Position numbers and translations under genes: made by a program
Notes under the pieces: generated by a model
Database searches by the model: none
Told to the model about the DNA's origin: nothing
Seen by the model: the letters and a program-made list of their open reading frames with translations, nothing else
DNA from: Magallana gigas
Taxonomy: Eukaryota
Length of the DNA stretch: 64,000 nt
Reading direction: 5' to 3'
Assembly (NCBI RefSeq): GCF_963853765.1
Contig: NC_088858.1
Span: 33,728,001-33,792,000, forward strand
Shown: one piece after another, positions 27,378 through 38,716 of the stretch
Layout of the letters: each line of letters opens with the position of its first letter
How positions within the stretch are numbered: the stretch's first letter is position 1

Positions 27378-28527
27378 AAATATCAGAAATGAATGTTGTA
27401 CGGCTAAATTTAATTCAAACAATCAATAACATTCAATAACAATTAAAACACACATGTGATTTAGACACATTTGTAAATACGAATGAAAAAAAGATAGGCC
27501 TACACATGACAGAAATTGAAACAAGATGGGGGGTAACGCTTACCTACAAAATATTTTCCCGTGTTTGACCAAAAATATATGAAAAATCAAAATAATTAGA
27601 CTTGATATGAAGTTGTATAGTTCATTTAAAATGAAGATGAAATTTATAAAAAAAAATAAATAAATAAATATGCGCCACAAAAACGAACCTTTGCTTTTCT
27701 TACTCAATTTGATATTGAATATCCAATTTCTTTCATGCATTCTTACATAGATTCTTTCGCAATTTTAGCTGAACATAATTATTATTTCTCGATTCGGAAA
27801 CATATTTTTCGATTTTGGTTTCTTGTATACAGAAAGTTAAACTCGGGGAAAGTTTCCTCGTAAAATGCACGTACATGTACATCTACGAAAGCCCAGAATT
27901 GATTCAAAATTCGAAATTAAATATCCCCAGTGAGTGTTCTGGCCTTTCAATGATATCATTGGAATCGGTTTACTTTGTGAAACTTGATTGGTGAATCAGA
28001 CTGCTTATATGACATGTTATGGATCAAAGTAGCAATTCAAAGACAAGGGATGGCCTAACAAGAGGTTGTTTTAGCTCTTTTTGTACATATACATGTAAAA
28101 GGTCCTTTCAGCATCCATTTTTAAAAATTTTTTAAACAAGCCAAGAATCCAAAAGCAATAGATTGTGGAAGCTTTTACGATTGGAGAGTGTATATTTAAG
28201 ATTGTGTGTCCTTGGTTCAGGAAACGAGCGAATGATTGGATAATGCAAAAAGAAAAAAATAGAAACTTGTCAATACTAGGAAACGACATGTCAATTTGAG
28301 GACACAATTACAACGTAAGTTAACAGCAGGAGGAAATGATAATTAAACTATATACCTCGAAAATAATGAGCCATATTCTGAATAAATATTTTAACATTTT
28401 CTATTGCCTTCTCACTTCATGTTTTTGTTTTAAATAATGTACTTTCTATTCAGCAACCTAAATATATAAAACCAATAATAACATGAGCCGTGTTTACATA
28501 ACAAAGAATTGTGAGTTACAGTATATA

Positions 28528-28778
28528 GAACCATTTTAACAGGAGCTTGGACTTTGGGTAGTTGGTGTCAGACAGCAATGTGACGTAGACCTGTCTATTT
28601 CATTGAAGGCCACTCGGCGATTGCTCTTTGAAATCAACAAGATTTGTCTGGTTTTTGAGCTAAGACTACGCAATCGGTGTATATTTCGCTTGAAACCAGC
28701 GTCATTTTTAACTTGTTTTGACGCAAGAAATAGATAGTAACGTTCTACTGAAAGTCCAAGGTCTTGTTAAAATGGTTC
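28528..28778 (+). mobile_element. MITE family 1, copy D
   Basis: TA|GAACCATTTTAACAGGAGCTTGGACTTT ... AAAGTCCAAGGTCTTGTTAAAATGGTTC|TA; 251 bp. Confidence 0.9.
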
Positions 28779-29818
28779 TATCTCGCTTACTACTTGACAC
28801 CTGGCATTCAAATTTTGGCTGATAATTGGCAGGTATACTTGTATATTAACAAAGCATTCATTTGTAAATATGATAATTTGAAAAGTTAAATTTGAGCAAA
28901 TTCGTGACCACGCCTCTTGAATAAGAGCTAGAGACATATTTTTGCATGGAATCGGTTTTTTTTTAGAAGTTCCGTTATTTTAGCTGGTGGAAAGGTAAAA
29001 CTGATTCATCGATTAATGCCATATTTGGATGCGTTATGATTACATTTTGTATACATATGTAAGTTGACACATTTCCAACTGTTTTTGAACGTCTTTTGCT
29101 TTGGCATATAACTGTTTCTTAATCTATAAAATACCTCTTTTTGTTCCGTTATTCAATTAAAATACAACAGCCTACATTTTTACGTCATTCAATAAGATTC
29201 CTTAACAACCACAGGCGTAATGTGTTTCCTTGTCTAGATATTCAGTAATGTCAATCTTTGGTGATGACTACTGTGTACTAAGAACACACGTGGTGTGATG
29301 TCTCATTTTGGATGAAAATGACGCAAGCATTAAATAATATAGATAAAACAGGTTGTAATTGTAACCACAGGCAGGTTGAGTATGAGGTTATTGCTAACCT
29401 CTTAATTATAGAGACTATGTTTATTATGTAATAAGGCAAACATTTGCGATGAGTGTTACGAAATTGTAGAATGTTTGAAATAAAAACAGTCTATACATTC
29501 TAGATATTGTAAAAGACCAACTGTTTTATAGTTTGTTGAACTCATTTAAACTCTTAGGTGTAATGTTTGAGAAATATACGTGCATTTATTACAAATATGT
29601 TCTATTCTTTGTGTTCCCCTTAATTGTTTTTCCATCTACTCCTTTATGTTTTCCGCCTACTCCTTTATGTCCAGTTGCTACATGTATGCATACATGTCTT
29701 CCAATACCATTCGTGCAGGGGAATGATTCGTAAATTTAACCATCAAAAACTAAACTCGGTGTCAAATGCATAACATGAAAATAATTAAGATATATAACTT
29801 ATGATGATTCTTTTGCAG

Positions 29819-30050
29819 AATGTTTAGAGCAAATGAAGACATTAGAACTATGTTTGTGCGGTTTCGCCATCTAAAGACTGAGGACGAAATTCGTGTTAGT
29901 GAACTTGTGGAAAAACATGCTATTTCTGTGATGGGAACTCTCGATGAACTCATTTCTAACATTGATAATGTAGACTATGTGTTCGATGTGCTCAAAGCCA
30001 CTGGACAAAGTCATATGAAATTCCCTGGTTTTCGAACAGAACTAATATGG
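29819..30050 (+). CDS. GbXL: Globin A coding exon 2 (helices B-G; CD1 Phe, distal E7 His, proximal F8 His)
   Basis: TTTTGCAG|A ATG TTT; MFRANEDIRTMFVRF...EKHAISVM...TGQSHMKFPGFRTELIW|GTAGGT; 232 nt, phase 2 in, phase 0 out (G7.0); His codons at 29916 and 30012. Confidence 0.97.
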
Positions 30051-30231
30051 GTAGGTGTCAGGATTTCATATTTAAATTTGTATCTGTAGTATACCGTTAT
30101 TAGAATAATTATCCAGATTTTGAATTGATCATATATGGAAAGCAATATGCATATTTGCAAAGTTCGAAAACTTCACCATTTAAAATTTGATAAAAATGTA
30201 TACTGACTAGGTGACCATGTTTTTCTATTAA

Positions 30232-30760
30232 AGGGACTTGGACACGATTTTAGATCAAAATTTTCTTTTTCTTTTTTTTATATATAAAATGGTTTACTTG
30301 GTAATTTTGAATGATTAACCAAAATTTGAATGTTAAAAGTCAAGTTATAAGAGAGATGCAGATGAAAGAAATTATTGATATGTAAAAAAAAAAAAAAGAA
30401 GCTAGAGTCTTATATTTGTTTACAAATAATGTAAAGTATGGATTTACTATTTTTTGACCAAATGACTCGTGGCAAACAAGATAAACTGATTTAATGTTTT
30501 CATAGATAATATGATAACCAGAAAAACGCAACATTTGATTGAGACTTGTATACCAATAAAACACATTATGTAAACCATAACAAAGCTCGGGCTTTGTTTA
30601 CTAAACAAAAATTTCCAACTCTGTATCTTGCATATAACTCTATATTTGACTTTCAAAATTTGACAAAGCATTAAAAGTACCCATATTAACCCTTCTAAAC
30701 ATTAAAATTGGAAAAATAAAATCTTATTAAATTTTGAGCTCAAATCGTGTCTTAGTTACT
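30232..30760. mobile_element. Non-autonomous element, Kolobok-like
   Basis: TTAA|AGGGACTTGGACACGATTTTAGATCAAAATTT pairs with AAATTTTGAGCTCAAATCGTGTCTTAGTTACT (26/32); TTAA plus purine-purine terminus fits Kolobok; right target duplication degraded. Confidence 0.6.
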
Positions 30761-32044
30761 TGTTTTCCTTATATTAATGTCAAATGCTAGATTCCACACT
30801 AAAAGCCCGTAATGCAAAATAAGGCCCATAGGCCTTAATGGTTACATGTATCTGACCACATTACAGCTCTGTAAACATCTTGAGTCCACAAAATGAGAAT
30901 TCTTATATGTATACATGATTATTCAAGATTTATAATCTAAAGGAAAGAAAAAAACCCAATGATTAAAAAGAAGATCCAAAACGGTGACCAGGTAGCAACA
31001 AAAAGTTAAAACTGGTAGTAATTTTAGAATTATATTTATTTCTGTTCAATGTTGTGATTAGATGACCATCGCGGTACAAACCGTAAACCGATATTATTTG
31101 AACTGGATATAATTTCTGATTATTCAAGAAATCATTGTACAAGTCATGGTCTGCATTAAAAAAAATTTGAAAAATGAAGTTGTTAGGCTAAGAATCTAAG
31201 GAACGCGGTGATTTTCCGATACATTACTACATGTAGCATCTAGTTGATTGTGACCATAATCAAAACAACATTAGCGGATATGACGTACAGATACATGTAC
31301 ATCGGAAGATCTGAACTGAAGAATTAATTGAAATCCGATTTTGTTTCACTATAAATCTTAATTTCATCATTAGATTATCAGACGTTATGAAGAAAGATAA
31401 GGCCACCTTAATGTTGTAAAATGGTTTTCATTCCGTTTCATTGGGAAGAAAAAATAGTCCTTTCTCAACGAATTTATATTAAAATTTACAAACTTTTTCA
31501 AATAGGAAACAAATGTGAAAGACAAATCTATTACGTGAATTTTGCTATTGAACGAGCATAATGAACAATATAAATCTGTTTTTGATCTGACAGTAATCGA
31601 AGCGTTTGTAAGAATGTACAGCCCAGGAACACGCTATTTTCCTGAGGGCATATACAACTGCCGGGTTAATCTTGAAAATCGCTATGGATGTGGTACTTAG
31701 GAAATAATGAATTCCTTGTTGTCTTGAAATACCATTTTGCCTGATCTGAGTTGTTCTGAAGTGAAAAATAATAAAATAAAACACAATTATTGTATTGTAT
31801 TATATTATAACAGTTGCCTTAATAAATAAACGATAGATATATTTAACGATCTTAGGTCTTCAATCAATTCTGACATAAATACGTACCATTCCATATCTTT
31901 TACATGTTCTTGCTTGCAACGGAGTTTTATTGTCTGTTTCCTTTGATCGTATGTAGATGTAATGTATGTATATGGTGCTGGCTATTAGCTTCAAGCAGCA
32001 AAGCAATATACTTCATTAGTTAAACTTTGATTGAACTTTTTCAG

Positions 32045-32197
32045 GATATGGAGAAGCCATTCTTGGAAGCCGTGAAAATCACACTAGGAGATCGTTACAG
32101 TGACAATATGGACACGATATACCGAATTACAATTAAATTTATTCTTGACAGTGTTATAAAATCAAGCACCGCTCCAACCAATAACTCGGTCTCCTGA
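32045..32197 (+). CDS. GbXL: Globin A coding exon 3 (helices G-H), ends at TGA
   Basis: CTTTTTCAG|GAT ATG GAG; DMEKPFLEAVKITLGDRYSDNMDTIYRITIKFILDSVIKSSTAPTNNSVS*; spliced CDS totals 201 aa in frame. Confidence 0.96.
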   Translation, partial: DMEKPFLEAVKITLGDRYSDNMDTIYRITIKFILDSVIKSSTAPTNNSVS

Positions 32198-32402
32198 GAG
32201 CGTCATTATTAAAAATTATATTTTGCGCATGTGTACATGTATGTATTGCATAAGTTATGTCTGGTGCTCCGGAAAAGGTTAAAAAGAGTAAGCGAAGGAG
32301 CGAAAAAAGGATAGAGAGAAAAAGGAATCAAAGAAGAAAATGTGGGAACATTTGCGTGCGCCTGATATTTTGTGGAAACATTGCGGTCCAAAAATCCGTA
32401 GA

Positions 32403-32442
32403 TCACGTGACAGCATATTGTCGTCTGAAGCTAATCACGTGA
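32403..32442. promoter_or_regulatory. Pair of ATCACGTGA E-box palindromes just 3' of the globin A stop
   Basis: TCACGTGA at 32403-32410 and 32435-32442. Confidence 0.35.
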
Positions 32443-35163
32443 TTCGGCGGCGGAGACTCGCTTACTTTTATTCTTTTTATACGTCACTGAAGATGAAGAA
32501 ATGAATTGCCTCCTGCGATGTAGCTGCTGAACATTTGAGGAACATATGAGTGTTGTGTCGATTCATATTTGATGTTTGAGTATCTGCCTTATGTTCATGT
32601 GTATTCTTTATTGCCATTTAAATTGCATGGACGACCCTTCGTCAGGTTGTGTAATCTTTGATCATTTTCTGGAAATCAAATTTGTACTTCTTTACCCCTT
32701 AAAAATCACTCGTGTCCAGTAATAAAATTTACAGGAAAACAAACCGCTCTTGCTTTCTACATATTTTCCCCCGAGTTTCTTTAGCAAAACATTTTTGGTA
32801 TGATATAATTGAAACCATGCAACGCATGTTTATGTAACATCATATGCTTAAATTCAAAATAAAAAAAAAATGAGCGTGTGTACTTACTACTTATTCACAA
32901 AAACACCTGTTTTCAAAGTCAAATGTTAATTATCATAATTACAGTTTCATTATCAATGAATGCCAAATATTTAACTTGTTTCAAATTGATAGAACATTTT
33001 TCATTTTAATCCAATTCAAGATTGAACGTACATGTGTGTGATCACAGTACACACTATTCTTCATTTTAAATCGCAAATGACACACGTGTTTTTCTTGGTC
33101 ATTGTTCCGTTGTTTTTATGAAAATATTTTTTTTTATCAATTAATAATATATTTTTATCAACGATTGAAAAATTGAAGACTTTTTTTTCTACTATTCTAA
33201 TGTACATTTCTTTTGGGGAGATGTGTTCCAGATCTATTTTACCATTTTTCCGGAAATATTGATTAAATATGAAGTTATTTTTTTAGCAATGTTATGATGT
33301 AGTGCACACCTACAATACACATTTCTTTCATTTCAATGATGAAACTTACCCACTGAATCAGTATACGGAGTTGATACATGCGCTTTACGCACCAAACTGT
33401 ATTGTTCCACTGAACGCCGACCAACATTGTGATCTTCAAACACCTCCATGAAGTTGATGATTTAGGCTGGTGTGAAAAGTGTTTCGTCTATTGATTTTTC
33501 TATTGTTTTATCATTATCTTGCACATATCAGGTTGTGGTGGACACAGGACAAAAATCATTTTCCTTAAAAATCGATAACATTTCGTAACTATGATAAAAA
33601 TGCATACACCTTAATTGAAATATAAGAGAAGAAAAGCAGAGAAGTGGGGAAAGAATTCTTAGATAGATAATGAAAATTTAAATCATTAATTAAGGATCAT
33701 ACACTTTCATTTTTTTTTTTTAAATCGTTTTTGTTAATTTCAGTGTAGTTTAACAATAACCTCATTAAATTATTTTTTTTTCTTTCTTAATTTTCTCTCT
33801 GAGTCTCTCTACATATTATATGATTTGATCTATTTTAATTGTCTCTATTAATAAATTTTCAAATGTGAAAATTTTGTTCACGTCATGGTCACGTGGTAAC
33901 ATAAAGTCTGTCACGTTTTGAATAAATCAAAATTGTATAAACTGATTTATTCCTTTTTTTTTTAAAAAAATCAGATGAATGATAGATCGAACTTTGTTCA
34001 AGTTTAAGTACCATAATGATAAAGCCACCTCTTACGAGATTTGTAAACATTATTTTGTACAAGCTACATGCATATTTACATGTATAGACGTTTGCAAAAG
34101 TGTTTGTACCAGTAATAAACTGTTTTCATTTTACTGATAAAACAAAAGAAATAAAATAAGTATATACAAAACCCAACCAGCAAATGTATTGCCTTGGTTT
34201 TGTTTTCTATTTCTCCATTCGTCTGGAAAAAAATTGGGTTGATTAAATACAATGTATCTTGGAGCGCTTACATATAATCCTGAATGAAAACCAATGACAG
34301 TCACAAAAAGAAGATATCCATCACGACCTTTTTAGTCTAATTCCTGATATTAGCAAGACTCATCTCACGCTATACTTGTAGATGCATTTTCTCTACCAAA
34401 TCAATAAAACTTTTGCCTAAGGTGATGGAAACTTGTCATCTTAGAACGGTAATTAATTGTACCGAAAACGATCCTATGTCGTGAGATTTGTCATCGATTT
34501 CCTAGCCGTCCACTCAAAAGTGTTCTTCGATCATCGATTTTTAGCTAACCAGAACCGCACGTGCATTTAAGAAATTCTTATCACGTCCACTCGGCCTTTG
34601 TCAGTTTACATTTTAAAGACTTCTTATGAACCACTAAATGTGATTGATTAAAAATTAACTTTGCTAAAAGCAATATGAGCTGCAATTTTCATGTTGAATT
34701 TTTTTTTGAAGAAAATGTTATTTTCTACTAAAATGACAAAAAATATCATAGTTTTAAAATTTCTGTTAGCTCTGTTTTTGTGGGGAAAAGCCATTAAGAA
34801 GCCTTAATTGGAGCAAAATTGAATTATTGTCGTCCTGTACAAATATTGATATAATCTGCTATACATTCCTTATAAGTGAAATCTTTCTCCTGACAAAAAT
34901 TAATGATTTTTTCAAATCTTATTTATCATAAAAGTTTAAGTTACAGGGAGACTTATCACACTGGCAGGTTTTTGCAGCAAAATAAAATTCTAAAAAATAC
35001 AGCTCACTCATATTACTTTAATTATAGAGGAAAGTAAGGAAGATGCATGTACTCATTATGTACATGTACATAAAGAAGCACAATTAAAATCAAAGTACTG
35101 AAGTACTGAAAGCCGGGCTCTTTCGGTGTGTCTTTATGCATATTGTGTAGTAAAGACTGAAAA

Positions 35164-35165
<2 letters not shown>

Positions 35166-35213
<48 letters not shown>
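35166..35213. repeat. (TC)n microsatellite
   Basis: Perfect run, 48 nt. Confidence 0.97.
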
Positions 35214-35215
<2 letters not shown>

Positions 35216-36020
35216 GCTTTTAATGTCGGCAAAGCATCAGAGAGCGACCAAATTTTGTAAGCGGCTATAAACAAAAAATATGTCTGTCCAGTAGAAGTTA
35301 AAAAGTTCAACAGTTGCTGCCTTGAATTTTGCAACAAGCATTATATATTCAATCCCCATTTCTTCATCGCGCAGCAAAGTAGTTCATGGAAATTCATGCG
35401 CATTGTATGTGTCCAAAATGCATAGTAATGTTTTAAAAATACGTTATTAATAAAAAACTAAAAAAGATAGACAATTCATTCGAAATTAAAAAAAAAGAAA
35501 CAAAATGCCAACACTTTTGACAAAACGTGGCTCTTTGTGTAACTATTTGGTATAGCGGAAGATTTACCTTGACGCTGTTTGGTTTTTTGTTTACTTGTGC
35601 TATTTATAGTAACATTGGCGATTTGCCTGCCTATAGCCAGGACTCTGCTTTCAGCAGAGCCCGGCTAAAAATGGAAATAATGCATACATACTATTATGTT
35701 ATAACTCTTATTTTTCTTCTACTTCTTCTGAACCTTTGGACAAGCAAAATCAGCACGTTTTCCTAAGTTCACAATGAGGGTTCAAGTCTAAAGTTCAGAT
35801 ATGCAAACAAATAAAATCGCCACAATTACCTAGATTAAGGAGAATGTGGTTAATGAAAATCTTAAGGAAGCGTTCTAGTAAGTTGAAATTTCAAAACAGT
35901 AATCAAACTTTCGACTGTTGTCCCAGTAAATCCCCACTATGTTGCAAGATGGTTTAAAATTTAGAAATAACATGTAAAAAAAATACATGATAAACAAATC
36001 AAGTTCTGAACAAGATAAAA

Positions 36021-36047
36021 GGCCGTTTTAACAAGAGCTTGGACTTT
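36021..36047. mobile_element. Isolated terminal fragment of MITE family 1
   Basis: GGCCGTTTTAACAAGAGCTTGGACTTT matches the family TIR. Confidence 0.55.
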
Positions 36048-37199
36048 AGGCAATACGTGATAAACTCTAATTTAACGAAGGAAGGGTCTACTATATAATT
36101 GCCGTCTTCCTTTGCAAATACAAATTCATATGAATATTGTACGCATTGATATTTGCCCGACTTCATCCAGGGTTATAAACTTCATTTAAAACAGCGTCAT
36201 TTTCACACAACCTTTGGAAAACTCTAACAATTTCGACAGTATAAGAATATTTGTGAATCTCTCTTAGCAAATCAGAAGAAATATCAATATTTGACAGCTT
36301 GGTTTGATGAACAAACTAGATAGTTACATCCCACCCAATGTGTTCTTCATGACCACTCTTGTTCATAAATTAGTGCAATAAAGACCTTTGAAGGGAAGTT
36401 AGTATTAGGAAATATTAAGTTTGATGATGATCTCCAGGGTCCAAAGTTACTTTATCTGGCATTTAAAACATTGGTTCACTGAACTAAGTACTTTTCTCAT
36501 ATTCATCAACCAATACCAGGCATCAGAAGTTCTAGTCTAGCTTCATAAATGTGCTTTTATTATTAATGAAATGCATGAAATTGGCATGTAACAGAAGCCT
36601 TAAACATAAATTTTATGAAAAATAGAATTGAAATGAACCGCTGCTATCATAAGAAAAGATTTTGTATCATGAGAATTATACATGAATCAAACCGAGCCGA
36701 ATTCGACAATTATAATAATTATGCCTCAATTTCATATTCTAAGATCCTAATGATTCATTTGCCAAGTCTCTAAATAGCTCTTCTACACAACCTAATGACT
36801 ACAATACAAGTGTACACACCATAGTTTACAATGTCATTGAGATAAATATGACGTCAACAATCATCAATGACTAGTTATTTTAAGTCATTAAAGCGGCTCG
36901 ATAGCGAACTGTCGCGAACACGGAGTACATCAAACTTTGACCGATTTAAAAAAACAAAAAGAACAACAATAGTTACATGTACCATGTACTATAATTGAAC
37001 GAACGTTATGTAATGTATGAAAATCTATTTCTTCATCTTTGATGAAATTTAATTACCGGAATTGTCCATGTCCATGTCCTTGGCCATGTCCATGTCCTTG
37101 TCCATGAATTGTCCACGTGCTCACCGGATACGAGGAAAACATCCAGACAACGCTTAGATTGCAGATAGAGGTAGAGGACCATCGAACTGATTACAGGTA

Positions 37200-37593
37200 C
37201 AGTGCCGATCAGACCCAACCTAACACCAGAGCAGACCCCAACTACATATAAACCCCATGTTTACTTCGGGGTTAACTTAGCGTTTACTGTCGGTCTGCTT
37301 TTTGAAAATTTGCCTCCACTTGGGGTTTACTTTGGGTTTACTTTGTGTTAAATCGGGGTTTTGCTTTTGGGGTCCACTGTACGAACTGAAGTGTGAAGCA
37401 GACCCGCCTTTTATCTTCCAAATACACATGTAGCGTCTGCTTTCATTCTGATTGGGGTTTACTTTCTGTGTCTACTCTGGGTTTACTTTGGGTTTACTAT
37501 GCGTCCACTCTAGTAAACCCGGAGTAAACCCAAAAGTAAACCCAGAGTTTAGTTGGGGTTTACTTTCCGTTAGGTTGGGTCTGATTGGTGCTG
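37200..37593. mobile_element. TA-flanked MITE with CAG...CTG termini and internal GGGTTTAC repeats
   Basis: TA|CAGTGCCGATCAGACCCAACCTAAC ... GTTAGGTTGGGTCTGATTGGTGCTG|TA; at least 9 exact GGGTTTAC/GTAAACCC motifs. Confidence 0.88.
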
Positions 37594-37649
37594 TACATTG
37601 TGAGGGGTCTCGGGTAAATATTTCATTATTAGCGGAAGATACATGAATA

Positions 37650-37912
37650 TGGAACGCCTCAATTGCCTAATGTGATTATCTTCATTATTTGATGATACAT
37701 GTACTTCAACATTACATGCTGATACTTTAACATTACATGCTAATATTTTAACATTGTATGGGGATACTTCTTCATTTATATATGATACTTTATCATGAAG
37801 TATCATCATGTAATGTTAAAGTATAAGCATGTAATATTAAAATATCAGCGTGTAATGTTGAATTATCATCATATTATGAAGATTATCTACATTAGGCAGT
37901 TGAGGCGTTCCA
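37650..37912. mobile_element. TA-flanked foldback MITE with ~125-bp arms and ~22-bp sub-repeats
   Basis: TA|TGGAACGCCTCAATTGCCTAATGT ... ACATTAGGCAGTTGAGGCGTTCCA|TA; the arms align along their length. Confidence 0.88.
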
Positions 37913-38593
37913 TACATGAAGATTAAGAATAGAGTACAATCATGTATTTTTGAAATATCGGTCAAAAGGGGTTATCAGAGGTACATATGTTACCTCCCCT
38001 TCCCCCTCAGAAAGCTTGTACAGTTCTTCATAGCCAATGGTCTTCGTAAATGAATTTGAATCACGTGCGTCTCTTTGAGCACACCTGAAATATAGAGTTT
38101 TTAAGTATACATTGTTTCATTATATGCATATAATTTACATTTTACATACTATACAATTGTTTTAAAAAAATATGAAATTATTATTTGAACATATGCATAA
38201 CAATCGATTTTGATATGGTATTTGTATTTAATACATAAAGGCACTTACGTGCATTACATGTACGCGTCCACTCGAGTTCTCCTGCAGTTATGGTTCATTT
38301 TGAATTTTCCCTTTCTTGTCTCCTCTCGCTTTTTAACAGTAATGAATGTACTGACCATCCATGTGATGAGGTGCTAGCGTCAGACTCACTGCTTCACAAA
38401 TGCCCTCTTTCTCGTGCCGTTAGAGCCTTTTTTTGTTCCAGTTTTAATATGAAGTCTCTCTATTTTTACATTTTTTAAAAATATACTTTTGACCATCAGT
38501 TGTCGTTTAGTATCTGAATTGAAAGTAGATGTAAGGTTTATTATAGAAAGAGATTCCGCTTATGCAGACATGTATTATGCTGTATTTTTCTAA

Positions 38594-38716
38594 TATTTAA
38601 GCATCGAATGCTTATTTGTGGATGTCGTCAGTCCTATAGCACACCGAGGCTGTGCAGACAAATTGATTACCGCGCGTTAGCCGACGACATTCAAAACTAA
38701 GCATTCATTGCTTATA
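38594..38716. repeat. Short hairpin element (~35-bp arms, GC-rich loop)
   Basis: TAAGCATCGAATGCTTATTTGTGGATGTCGTC pairs with GACGACATTCAAAACTAAGCATTCATTGCTTA. Confidence 0.55.

Larger units (their letters stand above)
37053..38460 (-). pseudogene. Putative decayed spliced gene, interrupted by two MITEs
   Basis: Donor AC|GTAAGT after 38249; phase-compatible open exon 37994-38084 (TTTCAG|G TGT ... GAG|GTAAC; CAQRDARDSNSFTKTIGYEELYKLSEGEGE); 3' part ends HGQGHGHGQGHGHGQFR*; several in-frame stops; family not recognised. Confidence 0.35.

Noticed and set aside
32195-32212. Stop read-through or selenocysteine at the globin A TGA
   Set aside because: Context TGA-GAG is not a known read-through motif, it would add only ERHY, and no SECIS-like stem was evident.
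36060-36540. Minus-strand protein-like stretch (LSNIDISSDLLREIHKYSYTVEIVRVFQRL)
   Set aside because: Surrounded by frequent stops and not assignable to any family.
37320-37565. GGGTTTA as interstitial telomeric repeat
   Set aside because: Units are separated by CTTT-type spacers, occur in both orientations and lie inside a TIR element; the molluscan telomere repeat is TTAGGG.
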